From Candidatus Krumholzibacteriota bacterium (GTDB taxonomy: Bacteria > Krumholzibacteriota > Krumholzibacteriia > LZORAL124-64-63): DNA of 36,699 nucleotides. The notes below the pieces were generated by a model, which was not told the origin of the DNA, searched no databases, and saw nothing but the letters and a program-made list of their open reading frames with translations. The translations under genes and the position numbers were made by a program. Each line of letters begins with the position of its first letter. Position 1 is the stretch's first letter. The stretch covers positions 1 through 36,699 of the forward strand of contig JBDLKA010000025.1 in assembly GCA_039714075.1 (NCBI GenBank). The letters run 5' to 3'. Shown in pieces: positions 25,326 through 35,479 of the stretch.

Positions 25326-28300
25326 GTGAAAGTCATATCAGTCTGCCTCTGTCTCGCCGTCGGCATCACTGGTCTTTCCTTGGCCGCCGAACCGCGCCTG
25401 GAATCAATCCGTCACGAGGGCGGCTCCCATGCCGATGGCGCCAAGGCTGTTGTCGACACCCTGCTGTTGATGGGAGCCCACGGTGAAGGCGCACCCCACA
25501 TCGGCACCTTCGAGTCGCCAACGGGATCGCCGGACTGGAACGGATGGACCAGCATCGACATTACGCAGGAAACCGAATCCTATTGGCATGTCGACACGTT
25601 CAAGGCCGTCACGGGCACTTATTCGGTATGGTGCGGGTCGATGGATGTCTTATCCTGCTGGCACGATGATCCGGACGGCGGCTATGGTGCCAACTACAAC
25701 GAGCGGCTCGAATGGCGCGGCACCGTCGCTGATCCTGCTTTGCCCTGTACCGTATCCATCTCCACCAATTACCACGTCAGCACCATGCCTGGTTATGACT
25801 TCTTTTTTGTTTCGGTGGAGTTGCCTGACAATGGCCTGGCCAATTTGCTGGCCATAGACGGCCACTACGATGACCTGTCGTTTGCCGGCAACTTCGTTTA
25901 TCAGCCCGAAGATTACGTGGGACCAAACGCCGACGAGGTAGTTGTCCTGTTCCGGGGGACTTCGGACGGCGGTTGGGACGGCGCGGACTGCACCTGGCCC
26001 AACGACGGTATAGCCCAGGTGGACGACGTGGTCATCACCCTGAGCAACGGCACCGGCTACAGTCACGATTTCGAGAACGGCACGCTGGGCGATTTCCAGA
26101 TCGCGTATCCGCCGGGCGTCGGGGATTATGCGCAACTGTGGTCCGGCTTGCCGGATCTCGATCCCTGCGTGACCAATGATTCGCCCCAGGTGGCCTTTAT
26201 CGACGACGGCCTGGTGGTACCGGGCACGGGTGGCTCGTTTTGTATCGACTGGTGTTACGGTCCGAATGGTTATGTCGTCAATTCCACTGGCGGGTTGTCA
26301 AGTTACCCCACACCCTGGCGCGATCGTAACCTGCACAACGCCGTCGAATCACCGCCCATGGCCTGGGACAACCCAGACCATGACGGCGCCCTGCTGTCGT
26401 ACTCGGTCTACCGTCACGAGAATCTGGACCCCGAATCAGCCGGTATTTTCTATACCTGGGCCGTGCGCTCGGTTTCGACCGGTGACCCGGCCGATCTGGC
26501 TGGAGCCGAGTGGCAGGACCATGGATTCGTATATTACGGGGGACCCAACTACCAGCGGGAAACCAAAGACCTGCGTGATCTGCTCGTGCCGGGCAGAACC
26601 CACGTGCAGGTTCAGCTGGGTGCCTACGAACTGGGTTGGGTCTGGGGTTGGGATGGCAACAACACCACGCCGGCGCCCTATTTGGACAATGTGCGCCTGC
26701 AGACTTTTCCGGCGGAAGGCCCCGGCCTGTCGGCGACCACCGAAGGGTTGGCCACGGACGGTTTTCCCGCCAACGGCGGGCTTGACCTGGTGAATCTCGG
26801 TGCCAACAGCGTGCCGTTCGACGCGTCCGCTCACGTTGATGTGCCCCTGGCGCCGCAGGACTCTTTACTGATTACCTGTGTTCCGGTCGGAACGGGCGCC
26901 GTTTTGGCCGGTCCGCCTCGGCTGCACTACAATCTCAGGCGGAATACCCTGTTCGATGCTTATCGCACCAGCGGGTTGCCGGATGTCGGTTCGGTGCCCT
27001 GCGCGCCGACGGGGAACGATTCCACGACCTGGGCCGCCGATCTGCCGGACCAGGATTTCCTGTTTCCCGGCGACAGGCTGCACTACTACTTCGCGGCCGA
27101 CCAGGACATCGGAGGACAGATCGAATCATCGGTCATGCCCGCCGACACGACAGGCTTCTCCGATTTCTCGGATTTCCCCGTGATCAACGGCGGCTACGAT
27201 CCGGCCTTTGCCGTGCGTGGGCTGCCGACCGTCAGCGAGGTTGTCACCGCACCCGGCACCCACGAAACGCCCAGGGTCCTGTTCTGGCACGATTCGGGCA
27301 CGAATGATGACTGGGCGGTCTGGACTTCCGCATTCCAGATGACCGGTCTCAGTGGCGGCGGTGTTGATTTTTTCCATACCCAGGGCGCCTGGTCGGGGCA
27401 TTGGAACGGCCTTGGTAGCCGTGCCACCATTGGCCAACTTTCCAACTACGACGTCATTCTGTATTCCAGTGGTGAGATGCCGGCCAATACGATTGCACAT
27501 GCATACGATGGGATTGCCCGGCCGGGCGTCAACGACATCGACGTGCTTGATGGTTGGCTGAAACTGGGCGACAGGAATCTGCTGGCCTTCGGCAACGATC
27601 TGGCCAGTGACCTTCATTCAGGCACCGCCGCCCAGTCCGATTTCCTGTCCACGTGGTTCGATGTCTCCGCCGCGGTGCGCGATGTGAAGCCGCTGATCGA
27701 TGGACAGAATGCGCCTCTGGTGCTGCCCGAGACCGGCAACCCCGTATTTTCCACGGCAGGCAGCTGGTTGGCTTACGGCAAGGGTTGCAGCTCTTCGCCG
27801 TTTTTCGAAGGCTATGTGCAATACGTTGCCGACCGCTTCGACGCCCTTCTGCCGGGTGTTGACGCCGTCCGGCTGGCCAATTGGACGACCCCGGACCGGA
27901 TTCCGGGATATGTCGAGACGGCGGCGGTGCTCACGACCGATGCGGTCTACAACGCCAGGGTCATCCTGGTCCCCGTGGATTTCAAACTCATCCTTACCGA
28001 CCCGAACGAAACGACGGAGACCGGTTCATCCTATCCGGCACGGGTCCGCCTTCTGAACGATGTGCTGACCTACTTCGGTCACGGCGGTGATCCGTTGGAT
28101 GTGGTTTCGGTACCCGGTGCGTCGGGATTTTCCCTGACACACTATCCCAACCCTTTCAATCCCTCGACGACCATCAGCTACACCGTGGCGCAGCCCGGCC
28201 GATTGTCCATCAAGGTGTACGATTTGCGGGGCCAGCTGGTGCGTAATCTCCACGATGGGCACGCCGCCACTTCCGGGAGCATGGTTTGGGACGGCCGGAG

Positions 28301-28394
28301 GGATGACGGTGAAGCGGCCTCATCCGGCATCTATTTCTACGAAGCGCGCATGAGGGGCGAGGTCCGCGTGGGGAAAATGACGCTGATCAAATGA
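25326..28394 (+). CDS. Large secreted hypothetical protein (jelly-roll-like N-terminal modules, alpha/beta domain) with FlgD/T9SS-like CTD
   Basis: GAGGGG RBS and GTG start; signal peptide; FES..G...W, GYDFF, SDGGW...VDDV and YLDNV jelly-roll-like motifs; YDVILYSSG; PNPFNPST...MTLIK tail. Confidence 0.8.
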   Translation: MKVISVCLCLAVGITGLSLAAEPRLESIRHEGGSHADGAKAVVDTLLLMGAHGEGAPHIGTFESPTGSPDWNGWTSIDITQETESYWHVDTFKAVTGTYSVWCGSMDVLSCWHDDPDGGYGANYNERLEWRGTVADPALPCTVSISTNYHVSTMPGYDFFFVSVELPDNGLANLLAIDGHYDDLSFAGNFVYQPEDYVGPNADEVVVLFRGTSDGGWDGADCTWPNDGIAQVDDVVITLSNGTGYSHDFENGTLGDFQIAYPPGVGDYAQLWSGLPDLDPCVTNDSPQVAFIDDGLVVPGTGGSFCIDWCYGPNGYVVNSTGGLSSYPTPWRDRNLHNAVESPPMAWDNPDHDGALLSYSVYRHENLDPESAGIFYTWAVRSVSTGDPADLAGAEWQDHGFVYYGGPNYQRETKDLRDLLVPGRTHVQVQLGAYELGWVWGWDGNNTTPAPYLDNVRLQTFPAEGPGLSATTEGLATDGFPANGGLDLVNLGANSVPFDASAHVDVPLAPQDSLLITCVPVGTGAVLAGPPRLHYNLRRNTLFDAYRTSGLPDVGSVPCAPTGNDSTTWAADLPDQDFLFPGDRLHYYFAADQDIGGQIESSVMPADTTGFSDFSDFPVINGGYDPAFAVRGLPTVSEVVTAPGTHETPRVLFWHDSGTNDDWAVWTSAFQMTGLSGGGVDFFHTQGAWSGHWNGLGSRATIGQLSNYDVILYSSGEMPANTIAHAYDGIARPGVNDIDVLDGWLKLGDRNLLAFGNDLASDLHSGTAAQSDFLSTWFDVSAAVRDVKPLIDGQNAPLVLPETGNPVFSTAGSWLAYGKGCSSSPFFEGYVQYVADRFDALLPGVDAVRLANWTTPDRIPGYVETAAVLTTDAVYNARVILVPVDFKLILTDPNETTETGSSYPARVRLLNDVLTYFGHGGDPLDVVSVPGASGFSLTHYPNPFNPSTTISYTVAQPGRLSIKVYDLRGQLVRNLHDGHAATSGSMVWDGRRDDGEAASSGIYFYEARMRGEVRVGKMTLIK

Positions 28395-28412
28395 CCGGAG
28401 CAGGCGGGCCGT

Positions 28413-29072
28413 TCAGTTGCGGCTGTGCCTGATGATTTTTCCTTCCACCGTGTAGATCGTGTCCTCGGCTATATTGGTGGCCAGGTCGGCGACCCTCTCG
28501 ATGCTCTTGGCCGCCAGGAGCCAGGAGATCACCGCTTCGGCGCGGGCGGGGTCGGCCGCCAGTTTTTCCTTCAGGATCCCGATGAAATTCCGGTAGTCCA
28601 GATCGACTTCGTCGTCGGCCGCCAGAACGATCCTGGCGCCGGCCGTGTCCATGTTCATCAGGGATTCCAGACTCTGGCGCAGCATGGCCTGCGCCTTTTC
28701 ACCCAGGGACTGCAGGCGTTCCCCGAATATGGGCGGGCATTGGTCACTGTCCAGCCGCGGCTGGATGCCGGCGATGTTCACAGCCAGGTCGCCGATCCGC
28801 TCGAGGTCGTTGTTCATCTTCAGGGCGGCGACCAGGAAACGCAGATCCACGGCCACGGGCTGGTGCAGGGCCAGGACCTTCAGGCATTCCTCCTCGACCT
28901 CCACTTCCAGTTCATCGATTTCGGCATCGTTCCGGCGCACCTTTTCCGCAAGTTCGGAATCGCTGTCCCGCACCGCCCTGATGGCCAGTTTCAGGTTTTC
29001 CTCCACCACGGAACTGAGGTGGAAAAGCTGCTTTTTCAGCCGGTCGAGTTCAGTCTGCAGATGTATCTTCAT
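28413..29072 (-). CDS. phoU: Phosphate signalling protein PhoU
   Basis: Duplicated D.EID.L / DDEVD; QPVAVDLR; DLERIGDLAVNIA; ERVADLATNIAE. Confidence 0.96.
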   Translation of the reverse strand: MKIHLQTELDRLKKQLFHLSSVVEENLKLAIRAVRDSDSELAEKVRRNDAEIDELEVEVEEECLKVLALHQPVAVDLRFLVAALKMNNDLERIGDLAVNIAGIQPRLDSDQCPPIFGERLQSLGEKAQAMLRQSLESLMNMDTAGARIVLAADDEVDLDYRNFIGILKEKLAADPARAEAVISWLLAAKSIERVADLATNIAEDTIYTVEGKIIRHSRN

Positions 29073-30852
29073 TCCGGGCCTCCCGGGGCAGGATGATGGT
29101 AAAGGTGCTGCCAACACCCAGTTCACTTTCAACCGTTACGCGGCCCTGGTGGGCCTGGGCAATGTGTTTGACGATGGCCAGGCCCAACCCGGTGCCGCCC
29201 ATCTGGCGGCTGCGCGCCTTGTCCACCCGGTAGAACCGTTCGAACAATCTGGGCAGATGTTCCGCGGCGATTCCCGGACCGGAATCGGAAACCTCGACGT
29301 GAATCATGTCCTCGGCCTGATTGCAGGAAAGGGTGACCGGAGAGCCTTCGGGGCTGTATTTCATCGCGTTGTCCAGGAGATTGGTCACCGCCTGTTCGAA
29401 CAGGGGAGCGTTGATTTCGGCGCGAATGCTTCCTTGGCAGGCAAGCGAGACACTCAGGTCGGCCTGGGAATGCTTGCCGGTCAAATCCCGCACCACCCGT
29501 TCGAGAACGGGGGCCAGGGGCAGGGATTGCCGCTCGATCCCGCCGTTGAATTCCAGCCGGGACAACGACAGCAGGTCCGAGATGATGGAATTCAGACGAT
29601 CCGCCTGCCGGTTGATGATGCCCAGGAAACGGTCGAAACCCTCGGAATCCTCGGGAGGGTTTTCGATCAGGGTTTCCACATACCCCTTGATGGAGGTGAT
29701 GGGAGTTTTCAGTTCATGGGAAACGTTGGCCACGAAATCACGGCGCATGCTTTCCAGGCGGCGAATCCGCGTGATGTCGTTCAGCACCAGCAGGGCGCCC
29801 AGGGGCAGGTCGCCTTCCTGGATCAGGCCGGTGGCGTGAATCTGGATCCAGCGGTCCGCGGCCGTCCCCAGCCGGATGTCCTTTTCGATGGGTCCGGCCC
29901 CGGCCAGGACATCCTGGGCCATGGAAGTCAACTCGGGATTGCGCCCGATCTCCTGGATGCTGCGGCCGAGGGACTTTTGCCGGTCCTGCCCCAGGAGATG
30001 GGCGGCGGCCTTGTTCAGGCTGATCACGTTTTCGTCCGCATCGATCGCCAGGACGCCTTCGACCATGCTGGACAGCACGGCTTTCAATTCCTTCCGCTGA
30101 CTGTCGATGGTACCTATCCGTTCGCCCAGCTGGCGGGCCATGTGGTTCATGGCGTCGGCCACGGCGGCGATTTCCGTGGTGTCGGCGACATAGAGTTGCT
30201 GGTCGAGATTACCGGACGCGAAGGCTTCGGCGCCATCCTGCAGCCGGCCCAGCGAGCGGCTCAGGGACCGCGACAGCAGGTAGCTGGTCATGCCCGCCAG
30301 CAGGGCGAGAAGGATTCCGGCGAGGATGATCTTGGCGTAGACGCCGCGGATAAGAAGAGCCAGGGAACCCAGGGAGACGGAGGTCCTCATGACCAGGACG
30401 GGTTCCGCAGCGCTTGAACCGGTTCCCACCGGTACGGCGACATACATGCGGAGATGGTCGAGGGTGGAACTGAAGCGCGTGCTGGAACCGGTGCCGCCGC
30501 CCAGGGCGGTCACGATTTCCGGCCGGTCGCCATGATTATCCATGGCGGGGGGGAGTTCATCGGAATCACCCACCACGGTGCCGTCGGGCAGGATCACGGT
30601 CAGGCGCATCCCGCTTACCGTCCCCAGTTCCCGGCAAAGGGCCTGGACGGCTGTCCGGTCATCGGCAGCCATCAGCGGCACGAACCGCGGACCGCTGACC
30701 CGGGCCAGGTTTTCGAGTTCGATGGCGGTGCGCTCCATGAAGAAGTTCCTCATGGACCGGCCGGCGAATCCCGTCACCAGGGCCAGGGTGACCACCAGGA
30801 TCAGCAGCAGGGGTGGAAACAGTGACCACATCAAGGTTCCGCGTCGCATCAT
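29050..30852 (-). CDS. phoR: Phosphate regulon sensor kinase (periplasmic, HAMP, PAS, HisKA and HATPase domains)
   Basis: NHGDRPE; MRRDFVANVSHELKTP; FERFYRVDKARSR; GTGLGL. TGATG coupling with phoB; 23-bp overlap with the phoU start. Confidence 0.93.
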   Translation of the reverse strand: MMRRGTLMWSLFPPLLLILVVTLALVTGFAGRSMRNFFMERTAIELENLARVSGPRFVPLMAADDRTAVQALCRELGTVSGMRLTVILPDGTVVGDSDELPPAMDNHGDRPEIVTALGGGTGSSTRFSSTLDHLRMYVAVPVGTGSSAAEPVLVMRTSVSLGSLALLIRGVYAKIILAGILLALLAGMTSYLLSRSLSRSLGRLQDGAEAFASGNLDQQLYVADTTEIAAVADAMNHMARQLGERIGTIDSQRKELKAVLSSMVEGVLAIDADENVISLNKAAAHLLGQDRQKSLGRSIQEIGRNPELTSMAQDVLAGAGPIEKDIRLGTAADRWIQIHATGLIQEGDLPLGALLVLNDITRIRRLESMRRDFVANVSHELKTPITSIKGYVETLIENPPEDSEGFDRFLGIINRQADRLNSIISDLLSLSRLEFNGGIERQSLPLAPVLERVVRDLTGKHSQADLSVSLACQGSIRAEINAPLFEQAVTNLLDNAMKYSPEGSPVTLSCNQAEDMIHVEVSDSGPGIAAEHLPRLFERFYRVDKARSRQMGGTGLGLAIVKHIAQAHQGRVTVESELGVGSTFTIILPREARNEDTSAD

Positions 30853-31538
30853 CACTCGCCCATCTTGTAGCCGATGCCGCGCACGGTGTGGATCAATTTT
30901 CCGGCCTCGCCCATTTTGCGGCGCAGGGCGGCGATCTGCACGTCGACCGAACGGCCGGTCACCGGATAATCGTCCCCATGGACCGAACGCACGATCTGGG
31001 TCCGGGTGAAGACCCACCCCGGCCTGGAGGCCAGGAAATGCAGGATCCGGAATTCGGTCCGGGTCAGATCGACGATATTTCCCTTCACGGTGACTTCATG
31101 ACGTCCGGGATGGATGGAAATGGTGTCGAATTCAAGGACGTCCTCCTCACCGACCCTGCGGGCGGCCCCGCGGCGCAGGACCGCCTTGACCCTGGCCAGC
31201 AGGATCTTGGGCCGGAAGGGTTTGGTGACGTAATCGTCCGCTCCCGCGTCGAAACCGGCGATGACGTCTTCTTCCTCGCCCTTGGCGGTCAGCATGATCA
31301 CGGGAATTTTTTCGGTACCGGGATCGCCCTTGAGTTTCCGGCAGACTTCCAGTCCGGACAGACCCGGGAGCATGAGGTCGAGCAGGATGAGATCCGGATG
31401 GGCTTCCTGGGACTGGTTAAGACCGTCTTCACCGGTATGCACGGAGGTCGGTATATAACCGTGCCGCTGGAGATTGTATTCCAGCAGTTCAGCGATGTCC
31501 TCTTCATCCTCGACGATCAGGACGTGCTCTCCAGACAT
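30852..31538 (-). CDS. phoB: OmpR/PhoB-family response regulator
   Basis: VEDE; LLDLMLPG; GADDYVTKPF; winged HTH RSVDVQI..LR.K...TVRGIGY; flanked by phoR and pstS. Confidence 0.9.
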   Translation of the reverse strand: MSGEHVLIVEDEEDIAELLEYNLQRHGYIPTSVHTGEDGLNQSQEAHPDLILLDLMLPGLSGLEVCRKLKGDPGTEKIPVIMLTAKGEEEDVIAGFDAGADDYVTKPFRPKILLARVKAVLRRGAARRVGEEDVLEFDTISIHPGRHEVTVKGNIVDLTRTEFRILHFLASRPGWVFTRTQIVRSVHGDDYPVTGRSVDVQIAALRRKMGEAGKLIHTVRGIGYKMGE

Positions 31539-31685
31539 GATTTCCAGCCCTTTCTCCGCTGTGGAAAACTCATGGAATTCTGGTTCATCGTCACAGACGG
31601 TCGGTCCCAAAGGGGGAATGCGCAAGTTAGGATATTGTAAATGAAATTTCCAGACAATGAAACCTAAATACCTTGGAAGACTTAA

Positions 31686-31724
31686 TTTACACAATCTTTA
31701 CAATTGACTGGCAGTTCCCTTACA
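31686..31724 (+). promoter_or_regulatory. Pho-box array (four hexamers at exact 11-bp period)
   Basis: TTTACA (31686), TTTACA (31697), CTGGCA (31708), CTTACA (31719). An opposite-strand TTTACA at 31636-31641 faces phoB. Confidence 0.75.
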
Positions 31725-31828
31725 AACGGTGGTTACCGTTCGGCCCAACAATTGTCCGCCCCATTGGCGGGTGGCGTGTGGGGAATACCACAGACCGGCA
31801 GAGGTCCGTGAACGAAAGGTAGGATCGT

Positions 31829-32842
31829 ATGTTCCGCATCAAGTCCGGCAAGAATTCACGCTCCCGGTTGATCGGGGTTCTGGCCCTGTCACTGGTTCTT
31901 GCGACCAGCGCCGTCGCCGGTGTCTCGGTTGACCCGGCCCTGCCCGGGTACGTGAAGGAAGGCGAGGTCGCCGGCAGCCTCAAGAGCATCGGTTCCGACA
32001 CCATGAACAACGAGATGGCGCTTTGGGCCGAGGGTTTCCGGGGCTTCCACCCCGGGGTCAAGGTTGAAGTCGAAGGCAAGGGCTCTTCCACGGCTCCCCC
32101 GGCCCTGATCGCCGGCACCAGCAACTTCGGGCCCATGAGCCGCAAGATGAAGAGCAAGGAAATCGACGAGTTCGAAAAAAGGTTCGGCTACAAGCCCGTG
32201 CAACTGCGGACCAGCATCGACATGCTGGCCGTCTACGTGCACAAGGACAATCCCATCGCGGGGCTGACCCTGCAGCAGGTCGACGCCATCTTCAGCAAGA
32301 CCCGCAAGGGCGGCGCCACCAAGGACGTGACCACCTGGGGCGATCTGGGCCTGACCGGCGAGTGGAAGGACAAGCCCATCAGCCTGTACGGCCGCAACAG
32401 CGCCTCGGGCACCTACGGCTATTTCAAGAAGCACGCCCTGTTCAAGGGCGACTACAAGGACGAGGTCAAGGAGCAACCCGGCAGCAGTTCGGTGGTCCAA
32501 GGCGTGGCCTCGGACAAGTACGGCATCGGCTACAGCGGCATTGGTTACATGACCAGCGATGTGCGCGCGGTGCCCCTGTCCGCCGAAACGGGTGACGATG
32601 TCGCCTTCATGGCCGCCGAGCCGGACAACGCCTACTCGGGCGACTATCCGCTGGCCCGTTTCCTCTACCTCTCGGTCAACTACAAGCCGGGCAGCCAGTT
32701 GGATGACCTGCGGCGCGAATTCGTCCGCTTCATCTTCAGCACCCAGGGCCAGGAAGTCGTGGTCAAGGACGGCTACCTGCCCGTACCGGCCACCGTGGCT
32801 CGCGAGGAACTCGAAGCCGTCGGCATCAAACCCGGTTTCTAG
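31829..32842 (+). CDS. pstS: Phosphate ABC transporter substrate-binding protein
   Basis: GSDTM; GSSTAPPAL; GPMSR; GRNSASGTYGYF; YPLARFLY. Confidence 0.95.
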   Translation: MFRIKSGKNSRSRLIGVLALSLVLATSAVAGVSVDPALPGYVKEGEVAGSLKSIGSDTMNNEMALWAEGFRGFHPGVKVEVEGKGSSTAPPALIAGTSNFGPMSRKMKSKEIDEFEKRFGYKPVQLRTSIDMLAVYVHKDNPIAGLTLQQVDAIFSKTRKGGATKDVTTWGDLGLTGEWKDKPISLYGRNSASGTYGYFKKHALFKGDYKDEVKEQPGSSSVVQGVASDKYGIGYSGIGYMTSDVRAVPLSAETGDDVAFMAAEPDNAYSGDYPLARFLYLSVNYKPGSQLDDLRREFVRFIFSTQGQEVVVKDGYLPVPATVAREELEAVGIKPGF

Positions 32843-32857
32843 GAATGCTGGAACGCT

Positions 32858-35479
32858 TTGAACCAGATGCCTAAACCAGAAGACCGCCGCAGTATTACCG
32901 GCAAGACCTGGAGCAGGAAGCCCCGCAGGAGCGTCCTGCTCCAGGACGGTATTGCCCGGCGGTTGATCACTCTCAGCGGCATCGGCGGCATCGTGGCCGT
33001 GTCCATGGTGGGCCTGTTCCTGCTGTGGGTCGTCCTGCCGCTGTTGCTGCCCACCAGCCTGGGGGACAAGCGGGAGCTGCCCCGGGTCGCTGAACCGGGC
33101 CCCGGCTCGGGAACACCCGGTCCCCGGGTTGTGGTCCAGGCGGTCGACAACTACGGCAGCCTGTCCTGGAACCTCATGTCCAACGGAACGTTCCTGGTCC
33201 AGGATCTGGATACGGGATCAATCCTGGACCGGGTTTTTGTTGACGAAGGCAGGATCCCCCGCAGCTGGGCATTCGCCGGGCCCGAGGGGAAATGTATTTT
33301 CGGCTTCGCGGACGGGTCGGTGATCCTGGCCGAAGTCTCCTTTGTCACGGAATTCCTCGACGATGATGACGTTCCCGTAAGTTTCCGCGATCTGGAACCC
33401 GGGGATCGCAGGGTCTGGAAAAACGGTTCGCTGGAGAGGACCCCGGAAGGGCAGCTCCGGTTCCAGGAGCTGTCGTTCACCCGGGACGAGGCTTTGCCGC
33501 TGGGTGAAGCTCCCATCGAGCTTCTGGACCTGTCCGCAACATCTTCGGGGTTTGCCCTGGCGGCCCTGGACAGCGTGGGCACCTTCCATTACCGGACCCT
33601 GACCCTGAAGACCAACATGCTCACCGGCAAGGTCAAGGTGCGCAGCCGGGGTGGGGAACTCGAACTGGACACGGAGAGCCGGCGGCAACCCCACGATTAT
33701 CAATACCTCATGCTCAACGACACCGGGGATCTGGCGTTGCTGACGGCCTTCGACGGCTACACCGTCCTGCTCCAGAAAACCGGGTCGGTGTTCGGCTTGA
33801 CCGGCACCCAGGATCTGTCTCCCGAGGCTGGGACCTCGGTGACCAGCATGGCCTTTCTGACCGGGAAGGTTTCGTTGGCAGTGGGAGACAGCGACGGGGG
33901 ATTGACGGTCTGGTTCGCCATCCGGGGAAAGGGCGGGGATCCGGCCCGGATGGTGCCGGCCCACCAACTTGACGCCGGCGGTGCCGCGGTGACGGCCCTG
34001 GGCGCTTCGGACCGCTCCCGCATGCTGGCGGCCGGTTACGCCGACGGCACCGTCAAGGTTTTCCATGTGACGAGCCACCGCGGCCTGGGGGAAGTCACGC
34101 TGAACGAAGGGCCCGTTCTTCAGGTGACCCTCGCGCCGCGTGAAGACATGCTCACGGCCGCCGGGCAAGGCGGCGCCGGAGTCTGGAAGCTGGACGCGCC
34201 CCACGCCGACCTCAGCCTGGGGGTTCTGTTTCGCCCCGTCTGGTACGAGGGCTATCCCGGTCCGGCCTATGTCTGGCAGTCCTCTGCGGCGTCGGACAGC
34301 TTCGAACCGAAGCTGAGCCTGATGCCCCTGATCTTCGGCACCCTCAAGGCCACCTTCTATTCGCTGCTGTTCGGGTTGCCGCTGGCCGTTCTGGCCGCCA
34401 TCTACACCAGCGAATTCCTGGACAAGAAGTCCCGGTCCCGGGTCAAACCGGTGATCGAGATCATGGCCAGCCTGCCGAGCGTGGTTCTCGGATTCCTGGC
34501 CGCCCTGGTCATGGCGCCCCTGGTGGAAAAGGTGGCCGTTGAAATACTCTCGGTGCTGGTGTTGAGCCCCTTCTTCGTCCTGTTGGGGGCCCATCTCTGG
34601 CAGCTCCTGCCACGCGAAACCGCGGCCCGCCTGGACTACTACCGGCCGCTCGCGGTTCTCGCGGCGCTGATCCTGGGGGGATGGGTGGGTTGGCAAATGG
34701 GCCCGGCCCTGGAAAACCTGGGTTTCGCGGGCGATTTCAAGGGCTGGCTCGACGGCAGGATGGGGTCGGGGATCAGCGGCTGGCTTGTGCTGCTCCTGCT
34801 GCCCTGCGGCTTGTTCGTCGGCTGGCTCAACGGTCGCTACGGCCAGGGGTTCATCAGGAACCGGAGTCTCCGCTGGGGTCGCTTCCCGCTGGGTCTGCTG
34901 GACCTGGGCCGGTTCCTGGCTTCGGCGGCTCTGGCGGTCACCCTGGCGTTGTTTCTCGGTTGGCTGCTTGAATCTTCGGGTTGGGATCCGCGCGGCTCGG
35001 TATATGGCACTTATGTGCAAAGGAACGCCCTGGTGGTGGGCATCGCCATGGGTTTCGCCATCATTCCGCTGATCTACACCATCAGCGAGGACGCCCTGAC
35101 TTCGGTGCCCGATCATCTGCGGGCCGCCTCCCTGGGCGCCGGGGCGACCCCCTGGCAGACGGCGGTCCTGGTGGTCATTCCTCCCGCCATGAGTGGTCTT
35201 TTTTCCGCGGCCATGATCGGTCTGGGCCGGGCGGTCGGGGAAACGATGATCGTGCTGATGGCCGCCGGCAATACGCCCATCATGGATATGAACATCTTCA
35301 ACGGGTTCCGGACCCTGTCGGCGAATCTCGCGGTCGAGCTTCCCGAGGCGGTGCAGCACAGCACCCATTACCGGACCCTGTTCCTGGCTGCGCTGACCCT
35401 GTTCGCGATGACCTTCCTTCTCAACACCGTCGCCGAAGGTGTGCGGCTGCATTTCCGGAGAAAGACGAGCCGGCTGTGA
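32858..35479 (+). CDS. pstC: Long-form phosphate ABC permease PstC with a large periplasmic beta-propeller-like domain
   Basis: WD40-like units (LAVGDSDGGLTVW, LAAGYADGTVKVF); WYEGY...WQSS; IEIMASLPSVV; GRAVGETMIVLMAAGN. Start is 32858 (TTG) or 32867 (ATG). Confidence 0.9.
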   Translation: MNQMPKPEDRRSITGKTWSRKPRRSVLLQDGIARRLITLSGIGGIVAVSMVGLFLLWVVLPLLLPTSLGDKRELPRVAEPGPGSGTPGPRVVVQAVDNYGSLSWNLMSNGTFLVQDLDTGSILDRVFVDEGRIPRSWAFAGPEGKCIFGFADGSVILAEVSFVTEFLDDDDVPVSFRDLEPGDRRVWKNGSLERTPEGQLRFQELSFTRDEALPLGEAPIELLDLSATSSGFALAALDSVGTFHYRTLTLKTNMLTGKVKVRSRGGELELDTESRRQPHDYQYLMLNDTGDLALLTAFDGYTVLLQKTGSVFGLTGTQDLSPEAGTSVTSMAFLTGKVSLAVGDSDGGLTVWFAIRGKGGDPARMVPAHQLDAGGAAVTALGASDRSRMLAAGYADGTVKVFHVTSHRGLGEVTLNEGPVLQVTLAPREDMLTAAGQGGAGVWKLDAPHADLSLGVLFRPVWYEGYPGPAYVWQSSAASDSFEPKLSLMPLIFGTLKATFYSLLFGLPLAVLAAIYTSEFLDKKSRSRVKPVIEIMASLPSVVLGFLAALVMAPLVEKVAVEILSVLVLSPFFVLLGAHLWQLLPRETAARLDYYRPLAVLAALILGGWVGWQMGPALENLGFAGDFKGWLDGRMGSGISGWLVLLLLPCGLFVGWLNGRYGQGFIRNRSLRWGRFPLGLLDLGRFLASAALAVTLALFLGWLLESSGWDPRGSVYGTYVQRNALVVGIAMGFAIIPLIYTISEDALTSVPDHLRAASLGAGATPWQTAVLVVIPPAMSGLFSAAMIGLGRAVGETMIVLMAAGNTPIMDMNIFNGFRTLSANLAVELPEAVQHSTHYRTLFLAALTLFAMTFLLNTVAEGVRLHFRRKTSRL

